Assembly (NCBI GenBank): GCA_048320885.1
Contig: JBLWFJ010000001.1
Coordinates: 1,413,642-1,477,641, forward strand
Length of the DNA: 64,000 nt
Direction of reading: 5' to 3'
Source of the DNA: Nannocystaceae bacterium ST9
Lineage (GTDB): Bacteria > Myxococcota_A > Polyangia > Nannocystales > Nannocystaceae
A program made the translations under genes and the position numbers. Below are positions 27,001 to 35,689 of this stretch, piece by piece (the first letter of the stretch is position 1; each line of letters opens with the position of its first letter). The notes beneath the pieces were generated by a model. That model had not been told where the DNA came from. It worked only from the letters and a program-made list of their open reading frames with translations, and ran no database searches.

Positions 27001-27797
27001 CTCAGCTCTTGGCCCGCCGCGCCCAGCTCTGGCTGGTCTGCGGGCGCTTCAACGATCTGCGCCGCAGCCTGCCGCGCGAGCTCGCGGCCATGCGCGAGCG
27101 CGGCAACGTCTACAACCTCTCGCGCCTGGTCGCCGTCGACGTCGAGCTCTGCCTCGCCGAGGGTCGACTCGCCGAGGCCCACGAGCGGCTGACCAAGTTC
27201 ATCGCCGACTGCCCGATGACCTTCCACACCTTCGAAACCATCTGGCTGCAGATGGCCGAGGTCCAAGTCGCGCTGTTTCGCGGCCAGCTCGACCGGGCCC
27301 GCCAATTGACCGAGCGGATGCTCGACCAGGCCCGCGCGCACCAGGTCCATCGAATCGCGATGATGCGGCTCTACTTCGAGAACCTCGAGGCTCGCGTGCT
27401 CGCGGCCACGCTGGTCGAGGATCCACGCAGCCGCTCGCTGCGTCGCGGCCTGCGTCGGGCTATCCGCGCGCTACAAGCCTCGGACAAGCCGATGTTCGTC
27501 GGCATGGCCGCCAGCAGCCGCGCGCTGGTCCGCGAGGCCGAAGACGACCTCGCGGGCGCGCAGCGAGCCTGGCACGCGAGCGCCCACGCGTTCGAGCAGT
27601 GCGGGATGGCGGCCCGGGTCGCGGCCGTGCAGATGCGGATCCCCGCGCGGGTCGGCGAGGGCCACGCCTACTTCGAGCGAGAGCGCGTCGCCGGCTGGCA
27701 TCGCTTCGTCGAGGTGTTCGCCGCGAGCCTCCGCGACTTCCCCGATGACCTCGCCTCGATCAGTCGGGCCTCGTCGACCGACGGTCAACCGCAATGA
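24003..27797 (+). CDS. Ser/Thr protein kinase fused to a STAND/AAA P-loop NTPase and a long helical (TPR-like) C-terminal region
   Basis: Hanks kinase motifs GAGGMGRVFEA, VALK, HRDLKPSN, DFG and APE. P-loop GAPGLGKST with a Walker B (IVAIDDFQWAD). About 700 aa of Leu/Ala/Arg-rich helical repeats. Acidic Ser/Asp-rich N-terminal leader. GTG at 24003 is the first in-frame start after the upstream stop. Confidence 0.85.
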   Translation: MDVDGTLESTSDGEDESELESSSSDESSHASSIDDSGVDTSADSTRTPRPDVFDLHVGELLDGYRLDQLIGAGGMGRVFEARHVRSGELVALKLLSCSDPGHLARFKREFRALARVEHANLIRLGELRVLSETRAYITMERIRGRPFVDWVRRRTPPGRLPNLLRLQRAMRQLIAGASRLHHEQCVHRDLKPSNVLITDEGRVVILDFGLIREAQSGTPTLTRDGQVLGTPAYMAPEQASREHDVSPASDWYAVGVMLFECLTGARPFDGSAAAIMIAKRTRDAPDPGTMVYGLPEPLRELCVRLLAREAAARPSEGELIAVFGEVSGPLPAALEQPAFVGRARELECLREARREVQASASPVVVRIVGAPGLGKSTLVRHYFRELVDQPEVTSLRCRCLERESLPYKGIDGIVDSLAVLIRRMSEVEAAALQPRQLGALARIFPALAGAWGPRPRTLDAEPKELRRMGGAALREVFQRLADRRQLIVAIDDFQWADIDSARLLLEILGPPDPPAILLILGHTDARGEALELLDRYDAFADIRVDEIQLGPLSRDEAEQLVHALTPGDELGDEQLEQVVRRSEGSPLLVHQLARVDVGVALDDAADRLIVRRVLELPAAQRQLLEQIAVASGPLSRAAIDSLIEASSVDLAALVESGLVRREPLASGEQLECAHARIRELVVAELTPNELSRRHRELAKVLEQHGAEPEAIADHWEQGRRPQHAAHWAEQAARQAASMLAFARAAAAYRRALRALGNLTIGPVDELREQLAEQLIALGEVRDAADLLVELATRAAPERASALRRRVAWLLLEDGRIEEAFPLIGEQLEQVGEALPSERWRIVLGLVRDRAALALRGLEFEPRAEAEIDPDRLARVDTLSTFVTLLSQYGHHPRAALITSALRARLLRLALAAGEPGRVAYSLAHEGLILAASGNTELGDRLVERGRRLLPEPSADSTAALRVRHVEAMLYFMTGRWPRASERIDALVELSEHSASGWLRPQLLARRAQLWLVCGRFNDLRRSLPRELAAMRERGNVYNLSRLVAVDVELCLAEGRLAEAHERLTKFIADCPMTFHTFETIWLQMAEVQVALFRGQLDRARQLTERMLDQARAHQVHRIAMMRLYFENLEARVLAATLVEDPRSRSLRRGLRRAIRALQASDKPMFVGMAASSRALVREAEDDLAGAQRAWHASAHAFEQCGMAARVAAVQMRIPARVGEGHAYFERERVAGWHRFVEVFAASLRDFPDDLASISRASSTDGQPQ

Positions 27798-28022
27798 TGC
27801 CGGGCGAGCGTGTCGAGCTCGCTGCGAACGTCGACGCCGATCAGCGTGACCACGTTCGTGCGAGCATCGATCTCGACCTCGGCCGACTCGCGCTGCTCGA
27901 CGACGAGCTCGGGCTCGGGAGGTGGACCGGTCGCGATCGAGTGGCCCGAGCCCGATCGCAGCCGTGATTCGGGGTTGCCGTTCGCGCGGGCCAGCGGGTA
28001 CCCTGCCCCGCGAAGGTCACGA

Positions 28023-29678
28023 ATGAACCAGCCGAAAGAAGAATGGGGCACCCGCCTGGGCGTGATCCTGGCCGTGGCCGGGTCGGCCGTCGGTCTGGGC
28101 AACTTCCTGCGCTTTCCGGGCCAAGCGGCGGCCAACGGCGGCGGGGCGTTCATGATCCCCTACTTCTGCGCGCTGCTGGTGCTGGGGATCCCGATCGGCT
28201 GGGCCGAGTGGACGATGGGCCGCTACGGCGGGCGCAAGGGCTTCCACTCGGCGCCGGCGATCATGGGCACGATCGGCAAGGGCCGCCTCGCTCGCTACCT
28301 CGGGATCATCGGCGTGCTGATCCCGCTCGGGGTCTCGTTCTACTACGTGTTCATCGAGGCCTGGTGCCTGGGTTACTGCTGGCAGTACATCGAGGCGATG
28401 TTCGGCGGGCAGGGGCTGGGCATCGACGCGAACGCGACGATCGACGAGCAGACCAAGGCCTCGTCGGGCTTCTTCGCCGCGTTCACCGGCCAGAGCGCCA
28501 ATGGGGTGATCTTCACCGACTTCGGCGAGACCGCGCTGTTTTGGCTGGCGGTGATCTCGGTCAACGTGTTCTTCGTGTTTCGCGGGCTCTCGAAGGGCAT
28601 CGAGAAGTTCTGCAGCATGGCGATGCCGGCGATGGCCATCTGCGCGTTGATCGTGCTGATCCGCGTGCTGACCTTGCCGGCCAACCCCGAGGCGCCCGAG
28701 CAGAACGTCGCCAACGGGCTCGGCTTCATGTGGAACCCCGACTTCGCCGCGCTGGCCAAACCGCAGACCTGGATGGCCGCGGCCGGGCAGATCTTCTTCA
28801 GCCTCTCGGTCGGGTTCGGCGTGATCATCAACTACGCCAGCTACCTCAAGAAGAAGGACGACGTGGTGCTCTCGGGCCTGACCGCGTCGGCGACCAACGA
28901 GGTGTTCGAGGTCGGGTTCGGCGGGATGATCACCCTGACCGCCTCGTTCGTGTTCCTCGGGCTCTCGGGCACGATCGGCGCGGTCGCGGGCGGCTCGTTC
29001 GGGCTCGGGTTCACGACCTTGCCGGTCGTGTTCGCCCACATGCCGCTCGGCAACCTGATCGGCGCGCTGTGGTTCTTCATGCTCTTCCTGGCCGCGATCA
29101 CCAGCTCGCTCTCGATGTACCAGCCGACCCTGGCCTTCGTGCAGGAGGCGCTCGGCACCGACCGGACCAAGTCGACCGCGCTGGTGACCCTGCTCGGGCT
29201 GGTCGGCTCGGCCTGGGTGGTGTGGTTCAGCGAAGGCAGCGTCGCGCTCGGCACGATCGACGACTGGGTCGGCACCTTCTTGATCGTCGTGCTCGCCGCG
29301 ATCCAGGTCATCTTGTTCGGCTGGGTGTTCGGCATCGAGCACGGCCGCAAGGAGGCCCATGAGGGCGCGCAGCTGCACATCCCGCGCGTGTTCTGGTTCA
29401 TCATCAAGTACGTCGCCCCGATCTATCTGCTGATCACGATCGGCCGCTTCGTGATCGAGACCCTGCCGGGCTGGCTCGACGGCCTCGCCGCCAACCCGGT
29501 CGCGCGCAACACCGTGCTGCTGATCGGCGTGGTGATCCTGATCCTCTGCGCGCTGGTCTACGTCGGCGAGAAGCGCTGGCGCGCGCTCGGCATGGACATC
29601 GACGGCGAGTACCCGCCCTACGACGAAGCGCCACCGATCACGCCGCCAGCGAGCGCCGCGAAGGGAGTCGAGCCATGA
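28023..29678 (+). CDS. Neurotransmitter:sodium symporter (NSS/SNF) family transporter
   Basis: ATG at 28023 (MNQPKEEWGTRLGVILAVAGSAVGLGNFLRFP...), the canonical NSS TM1 motif. About 12 TM helices. Confidence 0.85.
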   Translation: MNQPKEEWGTRLGVILAVAGSAVGLGNFLRFPGQAAANGGGAFMIPYFCALLVLGIPIGWAEWTMGRYGGRKGFHSAPAIMGTIGKGRLARYLGIIGVLIPLGVSFYYVFIEAWCLGYCWQYIEAMFGGQGLGIDANATIDEQTKASSGFFAAFTGQSANGVIFTDFGETALFWLAVISVNVFFVFRGLSKGIEKFCSMAMPAMAICALIVLIRVLTLPANPEAPEQNVANGLGFMWNPDFAALAKPQTWMAAAGQIFFSLSVGFGVIINYASYLKKKDDVVLSGLTASATNEVFEVGFGGMITLTASFVFLGLSGTIGAVAGGSFGLGFTTLPVVFAHMPLGNLIGALWFFMLFLAAITSSLSMYQPTLAFVQEALGTDRTKSTALVTLLGLVGSAWVVWFSEGSVALGTIDDWVGTFLIVVLAAIQVILFGWVFGIEHGRKEAHEGAQLHIPRVFWFIIKYVAPIYLLITIGRFVIETLPGWLDGLAANPVARNTVLLIGVVILILCALVYVGEKRWRALGMDIDGEYPPYDEAPPITPPASAAKGVEP

Positions 29679-29776
29679 CCAGCGCCGGCATCGTGTTCAT
29701 GATCGTCTCGCTCTCGTTCGTGTGGGGGCTGGCGTTCTGGTGCTTCCGCAAGGTGCTCGGCGCCCCGAAGGATTGA
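29675..29776 (+). CDS. 33-aa single-TM peptide, putative NSS-associated small subunit (MetS-like)
   Basis: ATG overlaps the NSS stop (ATGA). Product: MTSAGIVFMIVSLSFVWGLAFWCFRKVLGAPKD. Confidence 0.45.
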   Translation: MTSAGIVFMIVSLSFVWGLAFWCFRKVLGAPKD

Positions 29777-29834
29777 GGCTGCGCGAGCACGGTGGCTCGT
29801 CGATCTTCGGACCAGGAGGACCGACGATAGCCGG

Positions 29835-30428
29835 GTGCTAGCGTTGGCCATGCGCGCGAACGACATCATCCTGGCGAGCACCCTCGTGGTTCTCTTCACA
29901 CTTCCCACTGCGCACGCGGGCGATCCGAAGGCTCCCTTGCCGCCCGACTTGTGCGAAGAGCCAGTCCACGCGGTGACCGGTGAGGTCTACACGGATCTCG
30001 TCGGGCAGACGATCTCGCGGTTCTGCAAGCCGCGGATCGATCCGCCCGTGCTCGACCGCGAGGTCTGCTGCTCGATCGGCGCCTCCGCATCGTGCAAGTT
30101 CCCGACCTCGGTCGGCCGGTGCACGAGCGGCATGAAATTCTGGTGCGAGTATGGGCAGCAGATCGGCACGTCGGTGATCTGCTACCAGCAGAGTCCGGAC
30201 GCTTGCGCACAGGGATACTGCAATGGCTACGATACTGGCACGCCGGTGTTCATCTTCGAGAGCACGAGTTGGATCTGCTGCAACGACGAAGGTGGAGGGT
30301 GTGTCTACGTTGGCGAGGGCGGCATGACCCCACCCGCAGAAGCGTCGTGTGGTGGCTGGCTGACGAGCTGCAACACCGGCAGCACGAACGAAGACGGCAC
30401 GGTCAGTTGTCACGGCGACGCGGAGTGA
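29835..30428 (+). CDS. Secreted Cys-rich protein (about 20 Cys), function unknown
   Basis: Signal peptide MRANDIILASTLVVLFTLPTAHA and a Cys-rich mature region. The 3' end overlaps the convergent kinase gene. Confidence 0.55.
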   Translation: MLALAMRANDIILASTLVVLFTLPTAHAGDPKAPLPPDLCEEPVHAVTGEVYTDLVGQTISRFCKPRIDPPVLDREVCCSIGASASCKFPTSVGRCTSGMKFWCEYGQQIGTSVICYQQSPDACAQGYCNGYDTGTPVFIFESTSWICCNDEGGGCVYVGEGGMTPPAEASCGGWLTSCNTGSTNEDGTVSCHGDAE

Positions 30429-31761
30429 TGGCGCGAGCGCGGGCGCGCAATTCGGTCGCTTCCACAACCTGTGCGACGTTTCCGTTGTCGTCGGCGACCT
30501 CCAATGCCCGAGTGGCGGTGACCTCTGCGAAGATCGCCGCCATCATCGGGTCCGACGAATTCGATTCTCGCTCGGCGGAGTCGAGCAGACCCCTGGAGAG
30601 TCGCAGAAGGTCGGCTGCTTTCAGCGCCACGTTCGCTTCGTTGAGTCGGTGGTACTCCAGCAGCGCTCCCGCGGAGTCACCGACTTCCGCGAGTTCGATC
30701 GCCCGGCTGACGCTCGGCTCGCGCCACTCGACCTGGGACGGCAGCGAGCACACGCCGGCGAGCACGACCGTGCTCGTGACCATCGCCGCCCAGACGACCG
30801 CGATCGCAACTTGGATCCGGGCCCACCGTCGTCGCCGAGCCTGCTGACGGTCCCGCCGTGGTCGCTCCCGCTCGTCGTTCAGCACCTGCTCGAGATTGGC
30901 GAGCAACGTCGACAACGTCGGCCGTCGCTCGGGGTCGTCGTCCGCGGCTGCGGCCAGGAATTCATGAACGCGATCGGGGACCCTGAAGCCGGCCAGCGAC
31001 CACTGGAGCGCGCGCGCATACGAGTACACGTCGCCCGCAAGCGTCCAGACGCCGAGGTCACGCTCGGGCGGAGCAAAGCCCACCGTTCCCGCGACGTCCC
31101 CCTGGAGAGTCTCGCCGCGTGCAATCCCAAAGTCCGCCAACTTGCCGACCTCGTCGGCAATCAGGAAGTTCGCCGGCTTGACGTCGCCATGAACGGTGCC
31201 GCGCGAATGGCAGTGCGCCAGGCCGCGGCCGGCTTCGAGCGCTCGGGCGAGCACGCGCTTCCAATCGCGGCTGTGTCGCGCGTAGCCGTGCAGGCTCCCC
31301 TGCGAGCACCACTCGAGCACGATCGTCGGGTGGCCCTCGCAAACGAGCGTGTCATGGACCGTGACCACGTTGGGATGACTCGCGCCCACGGCGAGTCGCG
31401 CCTCGAGATCGATCGAGCGGCGCGAGATCTTGAGCACGACTGCTCGATCGGCGTAGCAATCGATTGCGATATACACCCCAGCCCAGCGACTCACGCTCAA
31501 CTTCTCGCAGACCAGAAAGCGACGGCGCGGCAGAGAGTTGGCGAACGCGAGCAACTTCTCCTCGTCGATCGCGAGTTCGGCGACGTACTTGGCGAGGTCG
31601 CAATCGAGCGCACCCAGTTGCTGCTTGTCCGCGTCGGTAGTGAGGGGACCCCACCACGCAGGAAGCGATCCGAGCGGCTCCGGCAAGGTTGCGACCCGCT
31701 CGTCATCGCCCGATCGCTCGTCGGGCTCGTCGACGTCGTGCGGCTCGCGGGTGTCGGTCAC
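30403..31761 (-). CDS. Ser/Thr protein kinase (divergent), with a TM segment and a C-terminal extracytoplasmic domain
   Basis: Kinase motifs HGDVKPANFLI, DFG and APPE. TM segment IQVAIAVVWAAMVTSTVVLAGV. Downstream of, and co-directional with, the XRE regulator gene. Confidence 0.8.
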   Translation of the reverse strand: MTDTREPHDVDEPDERSGDDERVATLPEPLGSLPAWWGPLTTDADKQQLGALDCDLAKYVAELAIDEEKLLAFANSLPRRRFLVCEKLSVSRWAGVYIAIDCYADRAVVLKISRRSIDLEARLAVGASHPNVVTVHDTLVCEGHPTIVLEWCSQGSLHGYARHSRDWKRVLARALEAGRGLAHCHSRGTVHGDVKPANFLIADEVGKLADFGIARGETLQGDVAGTVGFAPPERDLGVWTLAGDVYSYARALQWSLAGFRVPDRVHEFLAAAADDDPERRPTLSTLLANLEQVLNDERERPRRDRQQARRRRWARIQVAIAVVWAAMVTSTVVLAGVCSLPSQVEWREPSVSRAIELAEVGDSAGALLEYHRLNEANVALKAADLLRLSRGLLDSAERESNSSDPMMAAIFAEVTATRALEVADDNGNVAQVVEATELRARARAITPRRRDN

Positions 31762-31812
31762 CGTGAGCCGCAGCCTATCTGCTCCGCCTCGGTCGGGAAC
31801 CTGGTCCGAAGG

Positions 31813-32184
31813 TCAAGTCATGGGCCGAGTCGTGGTCTCTGGCGAATCCGACAGACGATCGATCGACGCCATGAGCCGCGCACGGGCTGGCGCAGAAGCG
31901 TTCTCGAGCTGGAATCGAAGCGCCGCCAACCACCGTGTGGTGGTCGAGCCCGCGTGGGGATCGACTACCAGGGTCCACCAACGCGTGTCGAGGGCTCGAC
32001 CGAGCGAGACCAGCGTTCGAAGGGTCGGGCTGTGATGGGTGCCCTGCTCGATCGAATAGATCGTCTTCGCCGACAGCCCGCAGCGCTCGGCCAGCTTCTC
32101 GCGTGTGAGTCGATGATGACGTCGAAGCTCCTTGACGTTCTTGGCGAGCTGCTCCAGCTCGGGCTCGAGGTCTCGGGTGGTCAT
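31813..32184 (-). CDS. XRE-family helix-turn-helix transcriptional regulator
   Basis: ATG at 32184. LTREKLAERCGLSAKTIYSIEQG is a classic HTH_3 motif. Confidence 0.65.
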   Translation of the reverse strand: MTTRDLEPELEQLAKNVKELRRHHRLTREKLAERCGLSAKTIYSIEQGTHHSPTLRTLVSLGRALDTRWWTLVVDPHAGSTTTRWLAALRFQLENASAPARARLMASIDRLSDSPETTTRPMT

Positions 32185-32291
32185 GGTCGCGCCGTGGTCA
32201 GCGTGAACGCGTCGCCGACTCGGTTCCATGGAAAAATTTTACCAAATGATCCGTGTTGACACCTCGCGCGCGACCGCGTGAAGGTCGGATC

Positions 32292-32792
32292 GTGCCGCCT
32301 GGATTCCCCGACGAGCCGACGCTGCGGAAGCTCCACCGCGACCTCCATCAGTTCTTCCATCGTCGACTCCCCAGCGACTGCGACTCCGATGACTACGTTG
32401 CCGAGGTCCTGCTCACGCTCAGGAACTATCGTGGCTCGGCGAGCTCGAGGTCCTACGCGTTCGGCGTGGCACACAGGATGCTGGCCAGCGCCTACCGACG
32501 CCCGCGACGAACAGGGTCGCTCGAGACGGCGATGAACGAGCCCGCCGCGGACTTGCCCTCGCCATCGACCGCGCTGCGGCGGCGGCAGACCGCGAGCATG
32601 CTGCGGAGCGAGGTCGAAGCGATCAACCCCGTGTATGGCGAGGTCGTGCGGCTGCGACTCGACGGTCACGGGCCGGCGGAGATCGCCGAGCGGCTCGGCG
32701 TTCCATCGCACACGGTGCGGTCGAGGTTCGCTCGCGGACTCGCGCAACTGCGCGAGCGGCTCGCGGGGCGACGAGACACGATCGAGCTTTGA
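32292..32792 (+). CDS. ECF-type sigma factor (sigma-70 region 2/4)
   Basis: Region 4 HTH GHGPAEIAERLGVPSHTVRSRFARGLAQLRERL. The likely GTG start at 32292 has GAAGG 7 nt upstream; the ORF-track start (32253) is less likely. Confidence 0.6.
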   Translation: MPPGFPDEPTLRKLHRDLHQFFHRRLPSDCDSDDYVAEVLLTLRNYRGSASSRSYAFGVAHRMLASAYRRPRRTGSLETAMNEPAADLPSPSTALRRRQTASMLRSEVEAINPVYGEVVRLRLDGHGPAEIAERLGVPSHTVRSRFARGLAQLRERLAGRRDTIEL

Positions 32793-33048
32793 TCTGATAT
32801 ATCGATGTGAGTAGAATGCGGCAATCAAATGATTGCCATTTGCGCAGTGTCCATATTCACACTGCGAAATCAGCATGCGAAAGAGATTCGGCCTCGAATG
32901 TCGATCAGGGCATGAGGTCGTGCACCTCATCCACCGCGACCACACCAAAGCACTTTAGGGGTGGCTTGGGGTGGTCATGCCGGATTATGAACGGCGTGAG
33001 GACGAGCTACGGCGGCTCGGCGGCGGTTGGAGTGGTCGCGAAACGAGA

Positions 33049-33495
33049 TCAACGAACCGAACAACCAGAGCCATCCGGTTCCTCGCAGCGAGCAGGTTCA
33101 TCAACCGGGTAGCCGCCGATCATCTCGATCCACTGGCCCTCTTCGTGCCAGTAGGCGCAATCGTTGTCCTCGGGATAGCCCATCCGCGTGGCGTTCTCCA
33201 GACACACCTTCAACGCCTCGTCGTTGAAGTAGTCATCATACTCACCCGACTTCTTCTCTTCGATGGTCAGGCATAGACAGACGGGCGTGTTCCCACCATT
33301 TGGGCCTCCGACCATTTTGACGGGATTTCCTTGCTCGTCATAGACGGAAGCCGCGTTCACGATCGTGCAGATCGTCCAAAGGTCTTCCGCTTCGCCGTCT
33401 GCGAGCCGCTCTTGACATGACAAAACGAGTCCGAGCGACAGGACCAGTGCAACACGTAGCTTGGCGCGGGTGCTCCGGGTGATCATGGTGATCAT
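33049..33495 (-). CDS. Lipoprotein, hypothetical (low-GC islet)
   Basis: MITMITRSTRAKLRVALVLSLGLVLSC signal with LVLSC lipobox. The start overlaps the stop of the upstream frameshifted gene (ATGA). Confidence 0.55.
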   Translation of the reverse strand: MITMITRSTRAKLRVALVLSLGLVLSCQERLADGEAEDLWTICTIVNAASVYDEQGNPVKMVGGPNGGNTPVCLCLTIEEKKSGEYDDYFNDEALKVCLENATRMGYPEDNDCAYWHEEGQWIEMIGGYPVDEPARCEEPDGSGCSVR

Positions 33496-34093
33496 GGTGG
33501 GGGCTCGAAGGGCAGGTCGGGGACCACCACACCACCTTCGTCGGTATCGGTGTCCGTAGTATCGGTGTCCGTAGTATCGGTGTTCGTAGTATCCGCATCC
33601 GTAGTATCCGTGGTGTCAGTCGTGTAGCCGACCTCGTCGACCGCTCCAAACGGAGGGCAGTCTCCGTCCTTGTCTTCGTCGGTCATGTCGCCCACGAACG
33701 GGCACTTTGAAGTCGTGTTCTCGTCCCGGTTGGCGGTCGCTTGGTCGACCTTCGCGGATTCGCAAGGTGTTGGGTCAGCGAGGATCTGGATCGCCAACTC
33801 TTCGCACTGCACACGGGGTGCATGCAGGTGCAACCCGGCGGCGGATCGCCGAACTCGTCGACGATCTCGACCTCGCCCGCGCGGTTGCTGCTGATCACCG
33901 GCTCGAGTCGTGCACAGACTCGGTATCCCTCGTACGTGTAGTAGATGCACTCGAACGGAACGACGCACGCGGACTGAGACGCAGCCACGACCGCGGACAG
34001 AACGAACCCCGAGCTCAACGCGGCAGCCCTCACTCGCTCCGAGTACCGCGGCCCCAGTCGCGCACCCCAGCCCCCGACTGCCCTTCCGGCCAC
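33492..34093 (-). pseudogene. Secreted Cys-rich protein with a Thr/Asp-repeat tail (TDTTD...), split by a 1-nt frameshift at the G4/C4 run around 33815-33818
   Basis: Frame A (34093..33683) gives a signal peptide plus ...GDPPPGCTCMHPV and then junk. Frame B (33968..33492) gives junk and then CEELAIQILADPTPCESAKVDQ...TDTTDTTDADTTNTDTTDTDTTDTDTDEGGVVVPDLPFEPPP. One extra C in cacccc would join them as ...CMHPRVQCEEL.... Confidence 0.4.
33540..33615. repeat. 15-nt tandem repeat (gtagtatcggtgtcc-like x5) encoding TDTTD repeats
   Basis: Direct read of the sequence. Confidence 0.7.
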
Positions 34094-34165
34094 CGAGCGT
34101 CAGCTCACGAACTTTCGCTCGCTCCCGAGTGCATCCGATCCTCGCTACCCAGCGAAGAGGTGGGC

Positions 34166-35065
34166 ATGCCGGCTTTCGAACCGTGTTCGCCGCCTTCTCC
34201 GCCGCCGATCTCGATCGTCCGTCGTGATCGGCCCCGCAAGCCCGCGCGAGCCATCTCGAACCCGAGCTTTCCGGTCACCGACGTGGTCGTTCGAGCCCTG
34301 CGGCGCGCGGGCGCGGGCGAGTTCGGCTCGCTGATCGCGTCGACCGGACAGCTCGAGCAGATCGGCTCGCGCTTCACCGTGCTGGCGCCGAGCGACGCGG
34401 CGCTGGCCGAGCTGCCCGACGAGCTCGTCGGCGATCCGGCGGCGCTGCATCGCCTGCTCGCCTTCCATCTGATCACCGGCGAGGCGCTGGCGTCCCGCGA
34501 GCTGAGCGAGCGCGACTACGTGCCCTCGAGCCACGGCCAGCGGCTCGGCTGCGAGATCGACGAGCAGGGCGCGGTCCTGGTCGACGGCGCCGCGCTGGTC
34601 CACGCCGACTTGCCGGCGGCCGGCGGTGTGCTGCACGTCATCGATCGCGTGCTGCAGCCGGCCGAGCTCGATCTGCTCGAGCTGCTCTGGCTCTCGGACT
34701 CGCACCCTCGGTTGATCACGGCCTGCGAGGTGCTCGGGCTCGAGGATCGCCTGCGCGGGTCGATCCCCTTCACGCTGCTGGCTCCGCGCGGGCTGACGAC
34801 GATGCCGACCTGGCGCTGGCATGCGCTGCTCCAACCGAGCGGGCACGCCAGCTTGCGGGCGCTGATCCATCGTCACCTGATCCCCGGTCGCGTGTACCTC
34901 GACGGGTCGGGCCGCGAGCTCCGAGCCCGCAACCTCGAAGGCCGGGCGCTGACGATCGAGCGCTCGAATGGCCAGACCAGCGTCGCCGGACGGCGAGTTC
35001 GGGCCGGGGACATCGAGGCGCGCAACGGGCTCGTTCACGTGATCGAGGGCATGCTCGGCGCCTGA
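34166..35065 (+). CDS. Tandem fasciclin (FAS1) domain protein without an obvious signal peptide
   Basis: ATG at 34166 with a GAGGTGG RBS. Two FAS1 cores (RFTVLAPSDAALAEL, IPFTLLAPRGLTTMP). The N-terminus MPAFEPCSPPSPPP is not hydrophobic. Confidence 0.7.
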   Translation: MPAFEPCSPPSPPPISIVRRDRPRKPARAISNPSFPVTDVVVRALRRAGAGEFGSLIASTGQLEQIGSRFTVLAPSDAALAELPDELVGDPAALHRLLAFHLITGEALASRELSERDYVPSSHGQRLGCEIDEQGAVLVDGAALVHADLPAAGGVLHVIDRVLQPAELDLLELLWLSDSHPRLITACEVLGLEDRLRGSIPFTLLAPRGLTTMPTWRWHALLQPSGHASLRALIHRHLIPGRVYLDGSGRELRARNLEGRALTIERSNGQTSVAGRRVRAGDIEARNGLVHVIEGMLGA

Positions 35066-35119
35066 AGCCGCTTCGAAGCTGCCAGGACTTTTCGTGCGGG
35101 CCGCGAAAGTGCTACTTCC

Positions 35120-35689
35120 TTGGGCCTGACCACGCCGCCCCAGAGCCTGCTCGGCCGCGTCGCCACGGGGGACCCCGGCGCGGCCCGTCTGTGCATCGCC
35201 GAGTACGGTCCCTTGGTGTGGAGCATCGCGCGGCGCATGGCCCCGAGCTCGACCGAGGCCGAGGACGCGGTTCAAGAGATCTTCATCGAGCTGTGGAAGC
35301 ACGCCGGGCGCTACGACCCGGCTCAGGCCAGCGAGCCTGCCTTCGTGACCATGATCGCCCGCCGCCGCATGATCGATCGCCTGCGTCGGGCCGAGCGCCG
35401 ACCTCGGCTCAAGCCGATGCCGGACTCGCTGGTCGGCGAGCAGCACGACGCGATCGAGCGCTGCGCGGAGGCGTCGCTGGCCGCGAGCGCCCTCGCTGCG
35501 CTCGATCCACGTCAACGCCGGGTGCTGACGCTGGCGATCGGTCACGGCATGACGCATGCCGAGATCTCCGAGCTGACCGAGATGCCGATCGGGACCGTCA
35601 AGTCGCTGGTTCGTCGAGCGCTGGTCGCCGTGCGCAAGCGTGTGTTGGACTTCGGCGAGACCGTCGAGAGCAGGGGTGACGCCGGATGA
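35120..35689 (+). CDS. ECF sigma factor (RpoE-like)
   Basis: Region 2 (VQEIFIELWKHAGRYD) and region 4 (GMTHAEISELTEMPIGTVKSLVRRA). TTG start. Confidence 0.8.
   Translation: MGLTTPPQSLLGRVATGDPGAARLCIAEYGPLVWSIARRMAPSSTEAEDAVQEIFIELWKHAGRYDPAQASEPAFVTMIARRRMIDRLRRAERRPRLKPMPDSLVGEQHDAIERCAEASLAASALAALDPRQRRVLTLAIGHGMTHAEISELTEMPIGTVKSLVRRALVAVRKRVLDFGETVESRGDAG

Noticed and set aside
32253-32291. TTGACA at 32255 as the -35 of the ECF sigma promoter, and 32253 as the CDS start
   Set aside because: No acceptable -10 at the 16–18 nt spacing (tgaagg). The GTG at 32292 with GAAGG upstream is a better start, so the TTGACA is probably fortuitous.
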